DNA of 64,000 nt from the IMG/VR virus record IMGVR_UViG_3300010885_013353, positions 161-64,160 of that record, one strand, 5' to 3'. Below are positions 29,582-39,072 of this stretch, piece by piece (within the stretch, counting starts at the first letter, position 1; every line of letters begins with the position of its first letter). The notes beneath the pieces are model-generated. The model was given only the letters and a program-made list of their open reading frames with translations. It had not been told where the DNA came from and searched no databases. The translations under genes were made by a program, and so were the position numbers. The DNA comes from a virus (taxonomy: Duplodnaviria > Caudoviricetes).

Positions 29582-29971
29582 TTAAGTAGTTGTAACTGTA
29601 ACTGTACCAACCTGACCATTAGCAATCAAGTCATTTGGTGTTAAACCTGTATCAAAACCGCTTGCTCCACCAACAGGATTCCAACCCCACTGAAATACTC
29701 TGCTACCACCTTCAGGGTTGCCATCTGGGCCAACGCCCGATACTAAATAACTTACATCTGGTCTTGGTTCACGAACTGCCTGTGGGTCATTGACCGGATA
29801 CATACCTAGCTGTAACTGCGGCTGATCTGGGTCCCAACAACTTGGACAAACCTTGACGTTATACAGATGCGTCTTTACTACTTGCTTTCTTAACTCTTTT
29901 AACTTGTAACGCTGACCACAACGGTCACACTCGGCAATTGCATACTTACCTGAAGCAAATTTACTAGGCAT
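29582..29971 (-). CDS. Zinc-binding conserved phage protein
   Basis: CDRCG..Y....L...VC..CWD..QPQL. Confidence 0.65.
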   Translation of the reverse strand: MPSKFASGKYAIAECDRCGQRYKLKELRKQVVKTHLYNVKVCPSCWDPDQPQLQLGMYPVNDPQAVREPRPDVSYLVSGVGPDGNPEGGSRVFQWGWNPVGGASGFDTGLTPNDLIANGQVGTVTVTTT

Positions 29972-29979
29972 AGGTCACC

Positions 29980-30900
29980 TTAGTAAAAAAGGTTTCGAGG
30001 CACAAACCGAATAGAAGCCTTTTCACGATCCTCATCAGCGGCAAGTTGAAACTGCTGTTCGTAATCTTGTTTTAAAAACAAAACACGGTTAGGGTCTACG
30101 TCCGGCAATTTAACGCTTAGGTTAAACGCAAGCCCTGCAACCATGCAGTTGATAAAACGAAACGGAATGTCTTGTGTAGAGATACCACCGCCAGAATCTT
30201 GAATACGGCGCAGCCTGTAATACACAAAGGTATACTGATCGCCCGGCGAATTTGGGGTAGGCCAGACGTTAATGTTTGGTGGGAATGTCTGATAAACAGA
30301 AACTGCTGTTAAGTGCGACACAGCGGTTGTATTTACTTGACCACGGAAACAGTTCAGCAGTTGGTTGCCGCTTACGTTTTGGTACATAATTATTTCGTTA
30401 TCAACCTTGATATAGCCTTGGCTTGGCAAGTTAGCCGCCGATACCACAGTGATGGTTGTATCCGTTGCAGATATTGCGCCATTTAAAGCGGTTGTAACGT
30501 TTGAATTAGTGTTACCCGACTGTCGGTTTATCCACACTTGAATTGGACGCCCCTGCGCGTTTTTGGTGGGGATTGTAATGTATGTGGACTCAGAGATACG
30601 TGTGATGTTGATATCAACCTGATTTGACCCAGTCCCTGTACGTACAACGGTATCCAAAAGATCAATCGTATCCAAAGGCAGGGCGTATGTAGCCTGCCCC
30701 GTAACCATCGGAATCTGACCTTGCTCAATTGTCCACAGGTTAATGCCACGGTTGGCCCACTCAATCGTCAACAGATTGATACTACGACGCGCTGTTTTCA
30801 AGTCATAGCCAGACCGAAGCTCTTTGCCGCAGCGCTCAAACGCCTCTTCGACAAGCTCTGTCAAGTCTAGGTTGAACGTCGATAGGCCGGATGTGGACAT
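29980..30900 (-). CDS. Adaptor/connector-like structural protein
   Basis: EEAFERCG, ARRS.NL...EW.NRG.NLW, VWPTP, A..EDR motifs. Confidence 0.65.
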   Translation of the reverse strand: MSTSGLSTFNLDLTELVEEAFERCGKELRSGYDLKTARRSINLLTIEWANRGINLWTIEQGQIPMVTGQATYALPLDTIDLLDTVVRTGTGSNQVDINITRISESTYITIPTKNAQGRPIQVWINRQSGNTNSNVTTALNGAISATDTTITVVSAANLPSQGYIKVDNEIIMYQNVSGNQLLNCFRGQVNTTAVSHLTAVSVYQTFPPNINVWPTPNSPGDQYTFVYYRLRRIQDSGGGISTQDIPFRFINCMVAGLAFNLSVKLPDVDPNRVLFLKQDYEQQFQLAADEDREKASIRFVPRNLFY

Positions 30901-31142
30901 TATCTGAATCCTGATGTCTTCTTAGCAATGCGTTTTGGCTGGGCTACAAATTGTTTGCCTGCCGCCTTACCTTTACGCTTTGCCTTAGTTGTAGCCGCAT
31001 ATTCTGCGGAGCTTAAAGACTTAATCGCCGCTTCCGGTAAATACCGCTCTCCAGTCTCTGACGACTTCTTGCCTGACTTGGTTGTCCATTTCTGGTCACC
31101 CCAAGATTTCAGAGACTGTTGCGGTTTTGCTAAGCTACTCAT
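30900..31142 (-). CDS. Small basic conserved phage protein
   Basis: W..QKW.TKSGK...TGERYLP. Confidence 0.65.
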   Translation of the reverse strand: MSSLAKPQQSLKSWGDQKWTTKSGKKSSETGERYLPEAAIKSLSSAEYAATTKAKRKGKAAGKQFVAQPKRIAKKTSGFR

Positions 31143-31411
31143 TTATAACCACCACCCGCTGCTTTGTACTTCTTAGCCACTAGCTGTGCTTTGCGGGCGC
31201 TCCACTGACCTGCACCCGTGCCATGAGTTGCTGCAGACTTTACTTGGGACACAATCTTCTTACGAAGGCCGGGCTTTGTGTAATTGCCCGCAGCATTCAC
31301 TTTACCACCTTCAGCGTACTGCGTGAAGTCAGTGTCATCCCGGCGAGCTTTACGCTTACCACCGGGCATCTTAGACGGGCTTATTGCACCCATACCACGG
31401 GAAGCCATCAT
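31139..31411 (-). CDS. Small basic conserved phage protein
   Basis: NYTKP.LR...GQWSARKAQ...YK..GGGY. Confidence 0.65.
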   Translation of the reverse strand: MMASRGMGAISPSKMPGGKRKARRDDTDFTQYAEGGKVNAAGNYTKPGLRKKIVSQVKSAATHGTGAGQWSARKAQLVAKKYKAAGGGYK

Positions 31412-31420
31412 GATTATTCC

Positions 31421-31843
31421 TTAGCAGCTCATGCCACCGGACTTCATTGAAATCATTGTGCCTTTAGTTTTGCCCTTGGTAGCACAACCGTCAGCACGGC
31501 TAGAAGCAGAACCGCCGCTTTTAAGCTTAGTCATGTTGGACTTTTTGCCGCCATGCAACTGTTCTTCGTGCATACCGACAGCTTTCTTAGCCATTGCTTT
31601 GTCTTGCATCATATCGTTTTTCATAACACCACCTTTGTTAAAAAAATTCATGGACCCGTGGTCCGTTTTGGGCTTGTTGATACCTTGTAAATCTGCGCGT
31701 GTATTAGGACCAAACTTCTGCCCTTTACTTGCAACAGAAAATTCTTGAGCTACATCTGTAGGAATACCGGCTTTCTTCGCAAACTTTGGATTGTGCGCTG
31801 CAGCATCCATGAATTTCTTTTGTTTTTCGCTAACGGCTGGCAT
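31421..31843 (-). CDS. Small basic protein
   Basis: MP..SEKQ..FM.A.AH; KGG/SGG repeats. Confidence 0.6.
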   Translation of the reverse strand: MPAVSEKQKKFMDAAAHNPKFAKKAGIPTDVAQEFSVASKGQKFGPNTRADLQGINKPKTDHGSMNFFNKGGVMKNDMMQDKAMAKKAVGMHEEQLHGGKKSNMTKLKSGGSASSRADGCATKGKTKGTMISMKSGGMSC

Positions 31844-32082
31844 TATTTACCCCAGTAACCGGCAATGAAACCGGCAACACCGGTTACGGCACTAACAGCA
31901 CCGCCCGCCCACATAAGTACTTTCCAACCACCACGAGCTTCTGAAAGGGTCTTTTGGATTTCGGCAAGACAGTTCTTTATAGATGCCATATCTTGAACAA
32001 GCTTGTCCATGTCATCTTGCAAATGCTTGATGTCATTTGCGTGGGTAGCAAGTTCACGGGCTGTTTGCACGGAATCTTCCAT
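31843..32082 (-). CDS. Coiled-coil protein with C-terminal TM segment
   Basis: Coiled coil followed by GGWK and a hydrophobic helix. Confidence 0.55.
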   Translation of the reverse strand: MEDSVQTARELATHANDIKHLQDDMDKLVQDMASIKNCLAEIQKTLSEARGGWKVLMWAGGAVSAVTGVAGFIAGYWGK

Positions 32083-32340
32083 TTAACATTTCCATCTTTT
32101 TAAACTTGCGGCTTTACGGGTAGGCTTACCACTCTCGTCTTTCATCGGGCCGGGCATACCAGACATCCTCGCACAGAACGATTTCTTACGAGGACCACCT
32201 TCTGGCTGCGGAGCCTTTAGGTTAGACCCTGTAGCAGCATTGTATGCTTTCCTGCCAGTCTCTGTCATCCCAGCACCTTCTTTTGTGCTAAGAAAATTAC
32301 GACCTTTACCTTTAGTAGTTTTGCGTATTGGGTTAGCCAC
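32083..32340 (-). CDS. Small basic conserved phage protein
   Basis: GSNLKAP...RKKSFCARM.G...SLKRWKC. Confidence 0.7.
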   Translation of the reverse strand: MANPIRKTTKGKGRNFLSTKEGAGMTETGRKAYNAATGSNLKAPQPEGGPRKKSFCARMSGMPGPMKDESGKPTRKAASLKRWKC

Positions 32341-32909
32341 TATGCCACCTCAAACTTATTGTGTTTAGCTATATTTTCTACAGCCGGTATAACTTGTAAA
32401 TTCCAAGGCACATGAAGGCCAGAAACAAAATTGCCTTGCAGTGGGACAATGTGGTCTACATGCCATTTAAACCTAAACATTTTTGTACGTAACGCTGCAA
32501 ACTCATACGTTTGTTTTATCATCCAATGGTCATCTTCTGTTAACCATAATGGTGTGCGCTGAGTCTTAATGGATCTACGTTTTGCTGAATTAGCCGCAAA
32601 GACTGATAAATTGTATTTTTGTCTGTTGCGCATCATCGCTTTTGATTTCTCGTGATCTGCGTAATAGTATTTTAATGCCTGTTTTTGTCTTACATCTTTA
32701 TTTTGTTGATACTCACTCGCATAATCTCGCAAAGCATCTGATACTTTTGTTTTATGCGCCCTACAACAAAAACGTGCATTTGATCGTTTAAATGAAATAT
32801 CCACCCCACACAATTCACAAGCACGGCCTTTGGCGGTAAGCCCCGCCCCTTGCTTAACCGGCAGCTTTTCACCACGACCAACAGCAAGAGATGGGGTTTT
32901 CTTAGCCAT
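32340..32909 (-). CDS. HNH homing endonuclease fused to a captured N-terminus of the downstream gene family
   Basis: RTPLW...HVDHIVPLQG..VSGLHVPWNLQVI...EN..K.N. Confidence 0.85.
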   Translation of the reverse strand: MAKKTPSLAVGRGEKLPVKQGAGLTAKGRACELCGVDISFKRSNARFCCRAHKTKVSDALRDYASEYQQNKDVRQKQALKYYYADHEKSKAMMRNRQKYNLSVFAANSAKRRSIKTQRTPLWLTEDDHWMIKQTYEFAALRTKMFRFKWHVDHIVPLQGNFVSGLHVPWNLQVIPAVENIAKHNKFEVA

Positions 32910-32910
32910 G

Positions 32911-35544
32911 TTATGCCTGCGCTTCTTTCCAGTTTAAACGTGCCTGAATTGTAGAGCTGGTTGCGGTCAACGGTGTTGCAACAATATACAAAATATCTGG
33001 GCCATCTGGGTAAAAGTTTGACTGAGAAGTGGGTACGTTATTGCTAGTACCTCCGCCCAATATTGAGTTACCTAAGTCTCGAACAATCGACAAGTCAATG
33101 GTCGTGTTACCAGATGTGTTGGAATATGCTGCAAACACAGATTCACCACCGGTTACTGTAACCGCATTGGTATTAGTTGCAACTTGCGCCAGCGAAGAAG
33201 TAACGCCGTTAGCTTGTTGAATAGGTGCAATAAAGCTACCAGATGTAGCGCCAGAAGCAAAGCCGTTCAAGATTAGGTTAATCAAGTAACCCGTACCGGT
33301 TGTGTACAACCCCAGAGAGTCTAGCTGAAGCTGTGAACGGTTAATAACCTCTTTTCCGCCGAGTAAACCAACAGTTCCGTTATCTACAGCAGGAGCCAAA
33401 CGAATTGCCAAAATAACAATAGGACTTGTACTGGCTGTAGTAATTGCAGTGGTTGTACCGTAGTTAAAGATCAACGATTTATCATCGTCATATCTACCGT
33501 CCATAATCACGGAAGAACCCCAGTGCGACAAAGACACAGCGGAGTCAGGAGCAAAGTATTCCACTGCAACGGGTGCGGTTGCGCTGTATGTAAAGGTTGT
33601 CGCAGCGCTTCCACCTGTAACGCCCCGTGTCAAGCCGGTGATGGAGGTTGCAGTTTTTCCAGTGTAGGAAATGTATTCAATTGCGCCTGTTTGTGTCGCT
33701 GTTCTAAGACAAACAGTACCCGCTGGCGCAAAACTGCTGGTATTAGCAACAGCCATTGAAGCTGTTGTGGCAGAGGCCAGTGTCGCAGTTAAATAAGTAG
33801 TAGGGTTTAAGCTATTGGATTCGTAGTGAGAAGACATGTTGCCAGAACGCATATAGGCTTCGTAGCGAATGTTGTTATTCGTAAATTGATGCACATACGA
33901 AATCAAACCTTTGCTTGTGCGCATGCCAAAACGTGAAAACCCAGCGCCATACCATGAGTAATCAATAAACCACATCTGCATTCTTGTAAGATCAAGCACA
34001 TAACCAGATGGACCTGTGCCATCCATTGGGTCTGACCACTGTGATCGAGGAACACGGGTGTCAATGGTCTTTGAAACCAAAGCAGATGCAAGAGTCGAAC
34101 CGCGATACTCGTTGCTTAAATATAGAGATGTATCGCTAACAATGGTTTGTACACGATATGACTGACCACGAATGACGATAAAGTCACCCGGAACTAGCTG
34201 CGAACTAAATTGTGTGCCTGTACCTGTAACAACGGTTTGCCCTTGAGTTACTGAAACAGTACCGTTAATCTGAGTTGTGCTGGTACGCCACACAGCGTAC
34301 AAAACTTGACCATCGTATTCAAAAAACAACCCATTTTGTTGGTCAAAAAAACCAACACGGTTGCTTGAGCCATACCAGTTTATTGGGCTTACTTTAACAT
34401 CTAGCGCTGTAACGGTTGTAATAGCCGGGGCGCTAGGCATCGTATAAGTCAACGTTGTAGGGCTTGGCACTGAGGCAACGTTAAAAGTGCCGTTGTAAGC
34501 CGCATTATCCGCACCAGTGACAATAATGGTTGTATTGTTAGCTGTTAAGTTATGCGCAAAACGTGTGGTTACCGTAGCTGTAACACCCGAAGCAGTGATG
34601 CTCGAAACAAACAGAGGAGGGCATAATGATGTGCCAGTAGAAAACTGAATGCTTTTTCCAGATTGGTAGCGGAAGTATCGGCGTGTTTGACGAATCATCT
34701 GCCCATTTGGCACACCTGCAACGGCGGAAAAAGCAACTCCGCCATCAAATGTGCGAGATTCAACATAACCAGCAGGTCGAGCAAATATATTAACTAGCCC
34801 CGCAGTCGTGGTCACTGTTCCGGAAGCGGCAGCAGCTGTGACGGTAAATGTATTAGCTGTAGGCGTTGTGGCAACAATGTAAGCACCGTTGACGTTTGTT
34901 CCACCAGTAGTTGCTACGATATAAACGTAGCTACCACGATTAAAGCCATGAGGGTTTACTGTTGTTACAGTAATAACGGTAGCGCTTGTCACGGTAACAG
35001 CTGTTGTGTTTCCAAGAACCTGAACACCACTTCCCGAATAAAAATACCCAACATACACATAGGTCAACGATGGGTTGAAATAAGCAGCAGCGTTAACTGT
35101 AGTAGAACTTCCGGGAGCCAACAGCACCGTAATCGTTGTGTTTGAGCCGCCAGTAACTACATAGCCCCAACCGTTAATGGTTGAGTTTGTAGAGTTTTGA
35201 ATAAAAATTGGTACGCCGTTAGGAATGGTTCCCGTAAACGTAATTGTAATTTGATCAGCTGTAGCAGTACCAGTGATTGCTGTAACAGCTACTGGTTGCT
35301 GGGGAATGTAGTAACAGCTTGAGCGATTATTCTGAAGCGCAATAGACTCCCACTTTGTAGGCTGCTGACCGTATTCAAAGTCGGTATCAATCAGTGATTG
35401 CGGGTTAGATACTCGCATTTTACCAACGGGGTCAGACGCACCCGGAGAAGGGGCATAATAAGGCGCAGAAGCGCCATTATCAGTTCTGCCATGAGCGGGC
35501 AGAGATTTATTTGTTACCGAGTCAACTACATTCCATCCAGACAT
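32911..35544 (-). CDS. Large beta-rich virion protein (putative tail/head appendage)
   Basis: 877 aa, Thr-rich, RQTRRYFRYQSGK and YSWYGAG motifs. Confidence 0.65.
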   Translation of the reverse strand: MSGWNVVDSVTNKSLPAHGRTDNGASAPYYAPSPGASDPVGKMRVSNPQSLIDTDFEYGQQPTKWESIALQNNRSSCYYIPQQPVAVTAITGTATADQITITFTGTIPNGVPIFIQNSTNSTINGWGYVVTGGSNTTITVLLAPGSSTTVNAAAYFNPSLTYVYVGYFYSGSGVQVLGNTTAVTVTSATVITVTTVNPHGFNRGSYVYIVATTGGTNVNGAYIVATTPTANTFTVTAAAASGTVTTTAGLVNIFARPAGYVESRTFDGGVAFSAVAGVPNGQMIRQTRRYFRYQSGKSIQFSTGTSLCPPLFVSSITASGVTATVTTRFAHNLTANNTTIIVTGADNAAYNGTFNVASVPSPTTLTYTMPSAPAITTVTALDVKVSPINWYGSSNRVGFFDQQNGLFFEYDGQVLYAVWRTSTTQINGTVSVTQGQTVVTGTGTQFSSQLVPGDFIVIRGQSYRVQTIVSDTSLYLSNEYRGSTLASALVSKTIDTRVPRSQWSDPMDGTGPSGYVLDLTRMQMWFIDYSWYGAGFSRFGMRTSKGLISYVHQFTNNNIRYEAYMRSGNMSSHYESNSLNPTTYLTATLASATTASMAVANTSSFAPAGTVCLRTATQTGAIEYISYTGKTATSITGLTRGVTGGSAATTFTYSATAPVAVEYFAPDSAVSLSHWGSSVIMDGRYDDDKSLIFNYGTTTAITTASTSPIVILAIRLAPAVDNGTVGLLGGKEVINRSQLQLDSLGLYTTGTGYLINLILNGFASGATSGSFIAPIQQANGVTSSLAQVATNTNAVTVTGGESVFAAYSNTSGNTTIDLSIVRDLGNSILGGGTSNNVPTSQSNFYPDGPDILYIVATPLTATSSTIQARLNWKEAQA

Positions 35545-35566
35545 ATTAATCTCCTATTTGTTTCAG

Positions 35567-35584
35567 TAAAGGGCCGAAGCCCTT
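35567..35584 (-). terminator. Possible weak terminator hairpin
   Basis: AAGGGC-TTCG-GCCCTTT on the minus strand, after the 35593 gene. Confidence 0.45.
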
Positions 35585-35592
35585 GAGATTAA

Positions 35593-36042
35593 TTAAGCTG
35601 TACGTGTGAACGTATAGGCAGTTGCGCTTGCAAACATCAGCGTAAAGCGAGCAATGCCCGTAGCGCCAGAAGCAATCGTCAAATCGCCAAAGCTTGTGGC
35701 AGAGTCAACAGCAGCGGTAGACAAGACACCGTTTACAGCAACAGCCATCGTTACAGTGTTTGCGCCAGCAGTGTTGTCAACATAAAGATCAAACACAGTG
35801 CCACGAACCGCACCAAGAGCCGCGCCAAGAAGCGTTCCAGTGGGAAGAGTGATTATAGTTGCGGCAGCGGAAGTAGATGTGATGTAGCCAGTAGCAACTT
35901 GTGCCGCTGTAGCTGTAGCTGTGGCGTTAATAGCAGCCGATGTAGCGTGGGTGATTGATCCAGAACCAGCAACGTTGCCGGTGATGTTGCCGATGAATCC
36001 ATTGGTCGAGGTAACTGGACCGGAAAAGGTAGTTGATGCCAT
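35593..36042 (-). CDS. Putative head decoration / structural protein
   Basis: MASTTFSGPV.S.NGF start typical of genes following the capsid gene. Confidence 0.6.
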   Translation of the reverse strand: MASTTFSGPVTSTNGFIGNITGNVAGSGSITHATSAAINATATATAAQVATGYITSTSAAATIITLPTGTLLGAALGAVRGTVFDLYVDNTAGANTVTMAVAVNGVLSTAAVDSATSFGDLTIASGATGIARFTLMFASATAYTFTRTA

Positions 36043-36057
36043 GATAGGCTCCTGTAT

Positions 36058-36112
36058 ATGCAGTACTTCGTTTCACTGTCTCTGCATCGTCCGCTGGGGC
36101 GGTCAGTGAAAC
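36058..36112 (-). ncRNA. Structured cis-RNA element, possibly Mu-gpT-DE-like
   Basis: GTTTCACTG/CAGTGAAAC 9-bp stem, inner CCGC/GCGG stem, loop ATGCAG complementary to downstream CTGCAT next to the RBS. Confidence 0.5.
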
Positions 36113-36202
36113 TGGGGGTTCCCAGATTTAAAGTAATAATACCTTAAAAACATAAAAATGCAAACAAGGTAAGTTATAACTGTTAAATATTCAGGAGGGC
36201 TT

Positions 36203-36715
36203 ATGGCTATTACCATCCAAAAAGTAGACGGATCAGACCAAAAAACTATAGCTATTCTGCGATATTTGCAAAAAGAATGCTTGCCCGCTGACGTGATGCT
36301 GTCCGCGTCACAAGGATATTGGTGGATTGCCTACACAGACAAGAATATTCCTATTGGGTTTGCAGGGCTAACAAGGTCTAACTCGTGGTTTGACTGTGGG
36401 TACTTGTGTAGAGCGGGGGTAATCTGGGAGTACCAAGGTAAGGGTATACAGAAACGACTTATTCGAGTGCGTGAGGCACAAGCAAGAAAGCTCAAGTGGA
36501 ATTGGCTAATAAGCGATACATATCAAAACCCTGCATCAGCAAATTCTTTGATAAGCTGCGGGTTTAAATTGTTTGAACCTACGTCGCCGTGGGCGTTTAA
36601 GACATCGTTGTACTGGAGAAAAAGGTTAGTATGCCGTACAAAGACAAAGAAGTACGTAAGGCAAAAAACAAACAATATGCAAAAAAATACTACGAAAAAA
36701 ACAAAGCCAGCGTAA
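36203..36715 (+). CDS. GNAT family acetyltransferase
   Basis: LCRAGV...QGKGIQKRLI, N..S.NSL...GF motifs. Confidence 0.85.
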   Translation: MAITIQKVDGSDQKTIAILRYLQKECLPADVMLSASQGYWWIAYTDKNIPIGFAGLTRSNSWFDCGYLCRAGVIWEYQGKGIQKRLIRVREAQARKLKWNWLISDTYQNPASANSLISCGFKLFEPTSPWAFKTSLYWRKRLVCRTKTKKYVRQKTNNMQKNTTKKTKPA

Positions 36716-37008
36716 TAAAAAAAGCAAAGTTAAATAAAAAGAAAAACCGCGCAGAGTGGCAAGCGTTTAAAGCGACACTTTCCTGCCAAAAATGCGGACA
36801 AAATCACCCCGCTACGTTGGACTTTCATCACATCGTTATGGATAAGTCTAACAAAAAATTAAACTATTTAACAAAGATCGGTGCGTATCACTTAGCTAAA
36901 CAAGAAATTACAAAATGCGCAGTACTCTGCGCAAATTGTCACCGTATCCATCATTACGAAGAAAAGTTAATAGGCAAACACAAAAAGAAAAAAAGCAAAG
37001 GCCCATAA
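36631..37008 (+). CDS. HNH endonuclease
   Basis: CQKCG....LDFHH...KC.VLCANCHR. Confidence 0.8.
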   Translation: MPYKDKEVRKAKNKQYAKKYYEKNKASVIKKAKLNKKKNRAEWQAFKATLSCQKCGQNHPATLDFHHIVMDKSNKKLNYLTKIGAYHLAKQEITKCAVLCANCHRIHHYEEKLIGKHKKKKSKGP

Positions 37009-37028
37009 AAAACCCCGCCGAAGCGGGG
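37007..37028 (-). terminator. Rho-independent terminator after the capsid gene
   Basis: CCCCGC-TTCG-GCGGGG-TTTTTT on the minus strand. Confidence 0.85.
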
Positions 37029-37059
37029 CCTAAACCATCAGTTTCTAACGGTTTATTAC

Positions 37060-37968
37060 TTAAGCACCAGCAGAACCGTACATGCCAAGCGGGTCCGACC
37101 AGCCGAAGCTGTAACGCTCGCGTGACTTGTAACGCACGTTGCCCGTATCAAAATCACCGTCCATCGACTGTGACAATGGTGTACGAACGAAGTGCTTCAT
37201 GCCGTTAGGCACATCAGTTGTCAAGAACCAAGCATTGGTGTCGGTCAGGAAGTTGTTAACTGTGTAACCTTCCGAAATCGAACCGTTGTTCTTGATTGCG
37301 TTGATGTCGTTGTCAGCCGTACCAACACGCAATTCTGTTTCGAGCAAACGAGTTGCAACGAACTGAAGTGCAGGAGGAATGACCAACTTCTTAGGCTTAG
37401 CAGCGATCAACAGACCACGTTCATCAGTCCAAGCAGCGATTTGAATAACTGCGTTTTCCAACGAAGTTTCGTTCAAGTCTGCAGGGGTTCCGGGAATGTT
37501 GCTGTTAACGCCACCGCCAACCAATGGGTGTGATGCGCTAAACAGTGCAACTCCATCACCGCCTGTGTAGGACGATGAGAAGCCGTTGTTCAGAACAGCA
37601 GCAGCCTTGACTTGCTTGGTGTAAGCCATTGCGCGGGCGAGAGCCTTTGTATAACGAGCCGACAAACTGTCGTACAAGTTATCTTCAATTGCCTCTTCCG
37701 TGAGCGAAAAGCCCAAAGCGATGGTTTCATGGTTGTATCGAGCAGTCCAAGCTTCCTGAGCGTTGTCGTATGCAATTGCAGAACCTTCGTTCTTAACAGG
37801 TGCAGCCGAAAAGCCAGAGAGTTTGGTTTCTTCTTCGAACGAACGCTCAGAGGTCTCTGTTTCATAGATCTCTTTGTGTTGCTCACCATAACGTGCGTAC
37901 TCCAAACCGAACAATGCGTTCAGGCCGGGGAGCAGCTCTTTCAATAGTTGTGCGCGTGAAATAGCCAT
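37060..37968 (-). CDS. Major capsid protein (Mu gpT-like)
   Basis: MAISRAQLLKEL.PGLNALFG...RYK.RERYSFG.SD. Confidence 0.9.
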   Translation of the reverse strand: MAISRAQLLKELLPGLNALFGLEYARYGEQHKEIYETETSERSFEEETKLSGFSAAPVKNEGSAIAYDNAQEAWTARYNHETIALGFSLTEEAIEDNLYDSLSARYTKALARAMAYTKQVKAAAVLNNGFSSSYTGGDGVALFSASHPLVGGGVNSNIPGTPADLNETSLENAVIQIAAWTDERGLLIAAKPKKLVIPPALQFVATRLLETELRVGTADNDINAIKNNGSISEGYTVNNFLTDTNAWFLTTDVPNGMKHFVRTPLSQSMDGDFDTGNVRYKSRERYSFGWSDPLGMYGSAGA

Positions 37969-37979
37969 GATTTAGCTCC

Positions 37980-38600
37980 TTATACGCCGATGGCGGTGTA
38001 ATAAGCATGCATACCAAAGTTGAACTTTACGATCACTTCAGGATACAGCGTGTTGCCGCCAGAAATATAAGCGGTATCAGGTACAACGTCAACAATGCGA
38101 ATTGTCAATGTGTCAGTTGTAGCGGTTGAATCAAGCAAAGCAATTTGTGAGTTACCAGCAGCAGTGATTGCAGTGTTGTTAACGATTGTTGCGTTATTGC
38201 CAACAGCCGTAAACTGAACGCCGGTCACAACTGTTGTGCCAGAAACTACAGCAACTTGAAACAGTGTGTCTGGATCATCACAAACATAAGCTGTGATAAA
38301 GCCTTGTGTCACTGTTGTGCCACCAACAAAGTTCTGTTGGAATTGCAGTTGACCAGTGCTTGGGTTGATGAATTCACAACCAAGAAACACGCCAGCGAAG
38401 CCGCCAGTAGGTTTAGCAGTTGTAGCTGCGGAACGCTCGACAGTACCGTCGGATGCGCGGATCAAGAGATCACCAAAACCAATCGAAGTTGCATACGCAC
38501 TAGCAATACGCATTTTACGAGTGGAACCGGCGAATACCTGACCACCAATCAGATTGATTGGCTTAAAGCCATAAGGCTTGTCAATAGTGGGGTAAGCCAT
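37980..38600 (-). CDS. Capsid-associated (cement-like) protein
   Basis: PYGFKP, GVFLGCEF, V.DDP motifs, directly upstream of the capsid gene. Confidence 0.65.
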   Translation of the reverse strand: MAYPTIDKPYGFKPINLIGGQVFAGSTRKMRIASAYATSIGFGDLLIRASDGTVERSAATTAKPTGGFAGVFLGCEFINPSTGQLQFQQNFVGGTTVTQGFITAYVCDDPDTLFQVAVVSGTTVVTGVQFTAVGNNATIVNNTAITAAGNSQIALLDSTATTDTLTIRIVDVVPDTAYISGGNTLYPEVIVKFNFGMHAYYTAIGV

Positions 38601-38621
38601 GTTTAACTCCAAAAATTAAAT

Positions 38622-39071
38622 TTAAGAACCTTTACCAAAACTTGTCACAGACTTACTCTCTTTAAAGAGCGGCATCCGCGCATCGCTTTGGCGCATTAAG
38701 TGATTGTCTACAGCATCCGTTTGAGCTTGCGTTTGGTTTGCATAATGTTGATTACGCTGTCCAACAAACTCTTCAGGAGTCTTGCAAAGCAATAACCCGC
38801 CGATCTCAATGCTGTCTTTAAAACGGCTATTGGGATCAACTAGCAGTTGAAATTGTGGTTGCTCATCAATACTAACAGGCTCCCATCCCTCTCTGAGTTT
38901 GGCAGAAAGATTGCGTGGGTCAGCTTGACCATTAGTAGAAATTCGTATCCAACGATATGCAAAACCAGACTGTTTATCTGGCTCAGGGAGAAGTTCTGCA
39001 GGCGACCACTGCTGGGGGCGCTTGGTTAGTTCACGGGTTTGCATTTCGCGAGGAATCTTGTTTTCAGCCAT
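38622..39071 (-). CDS. Conserved head-module protein
   Basis: YRWIR...REGWEPV...IGGLLL. Confidence 0.65.
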   Translation of the reverse strand: MAENKIPREMQTRELTKRPQQWSPAELLPEPDKQSGFAYRWIRISTNGQADPRNLSAKLREGWEPVSIDEQPQFQLLVDPNSRFKDSIEIGGLLLCKTPEEFVGQRNQHYANQTQAQTDAVDNHLMRQSDARMPLFKESKSVTSFGKGS

Positions 39072-39072
39072 T

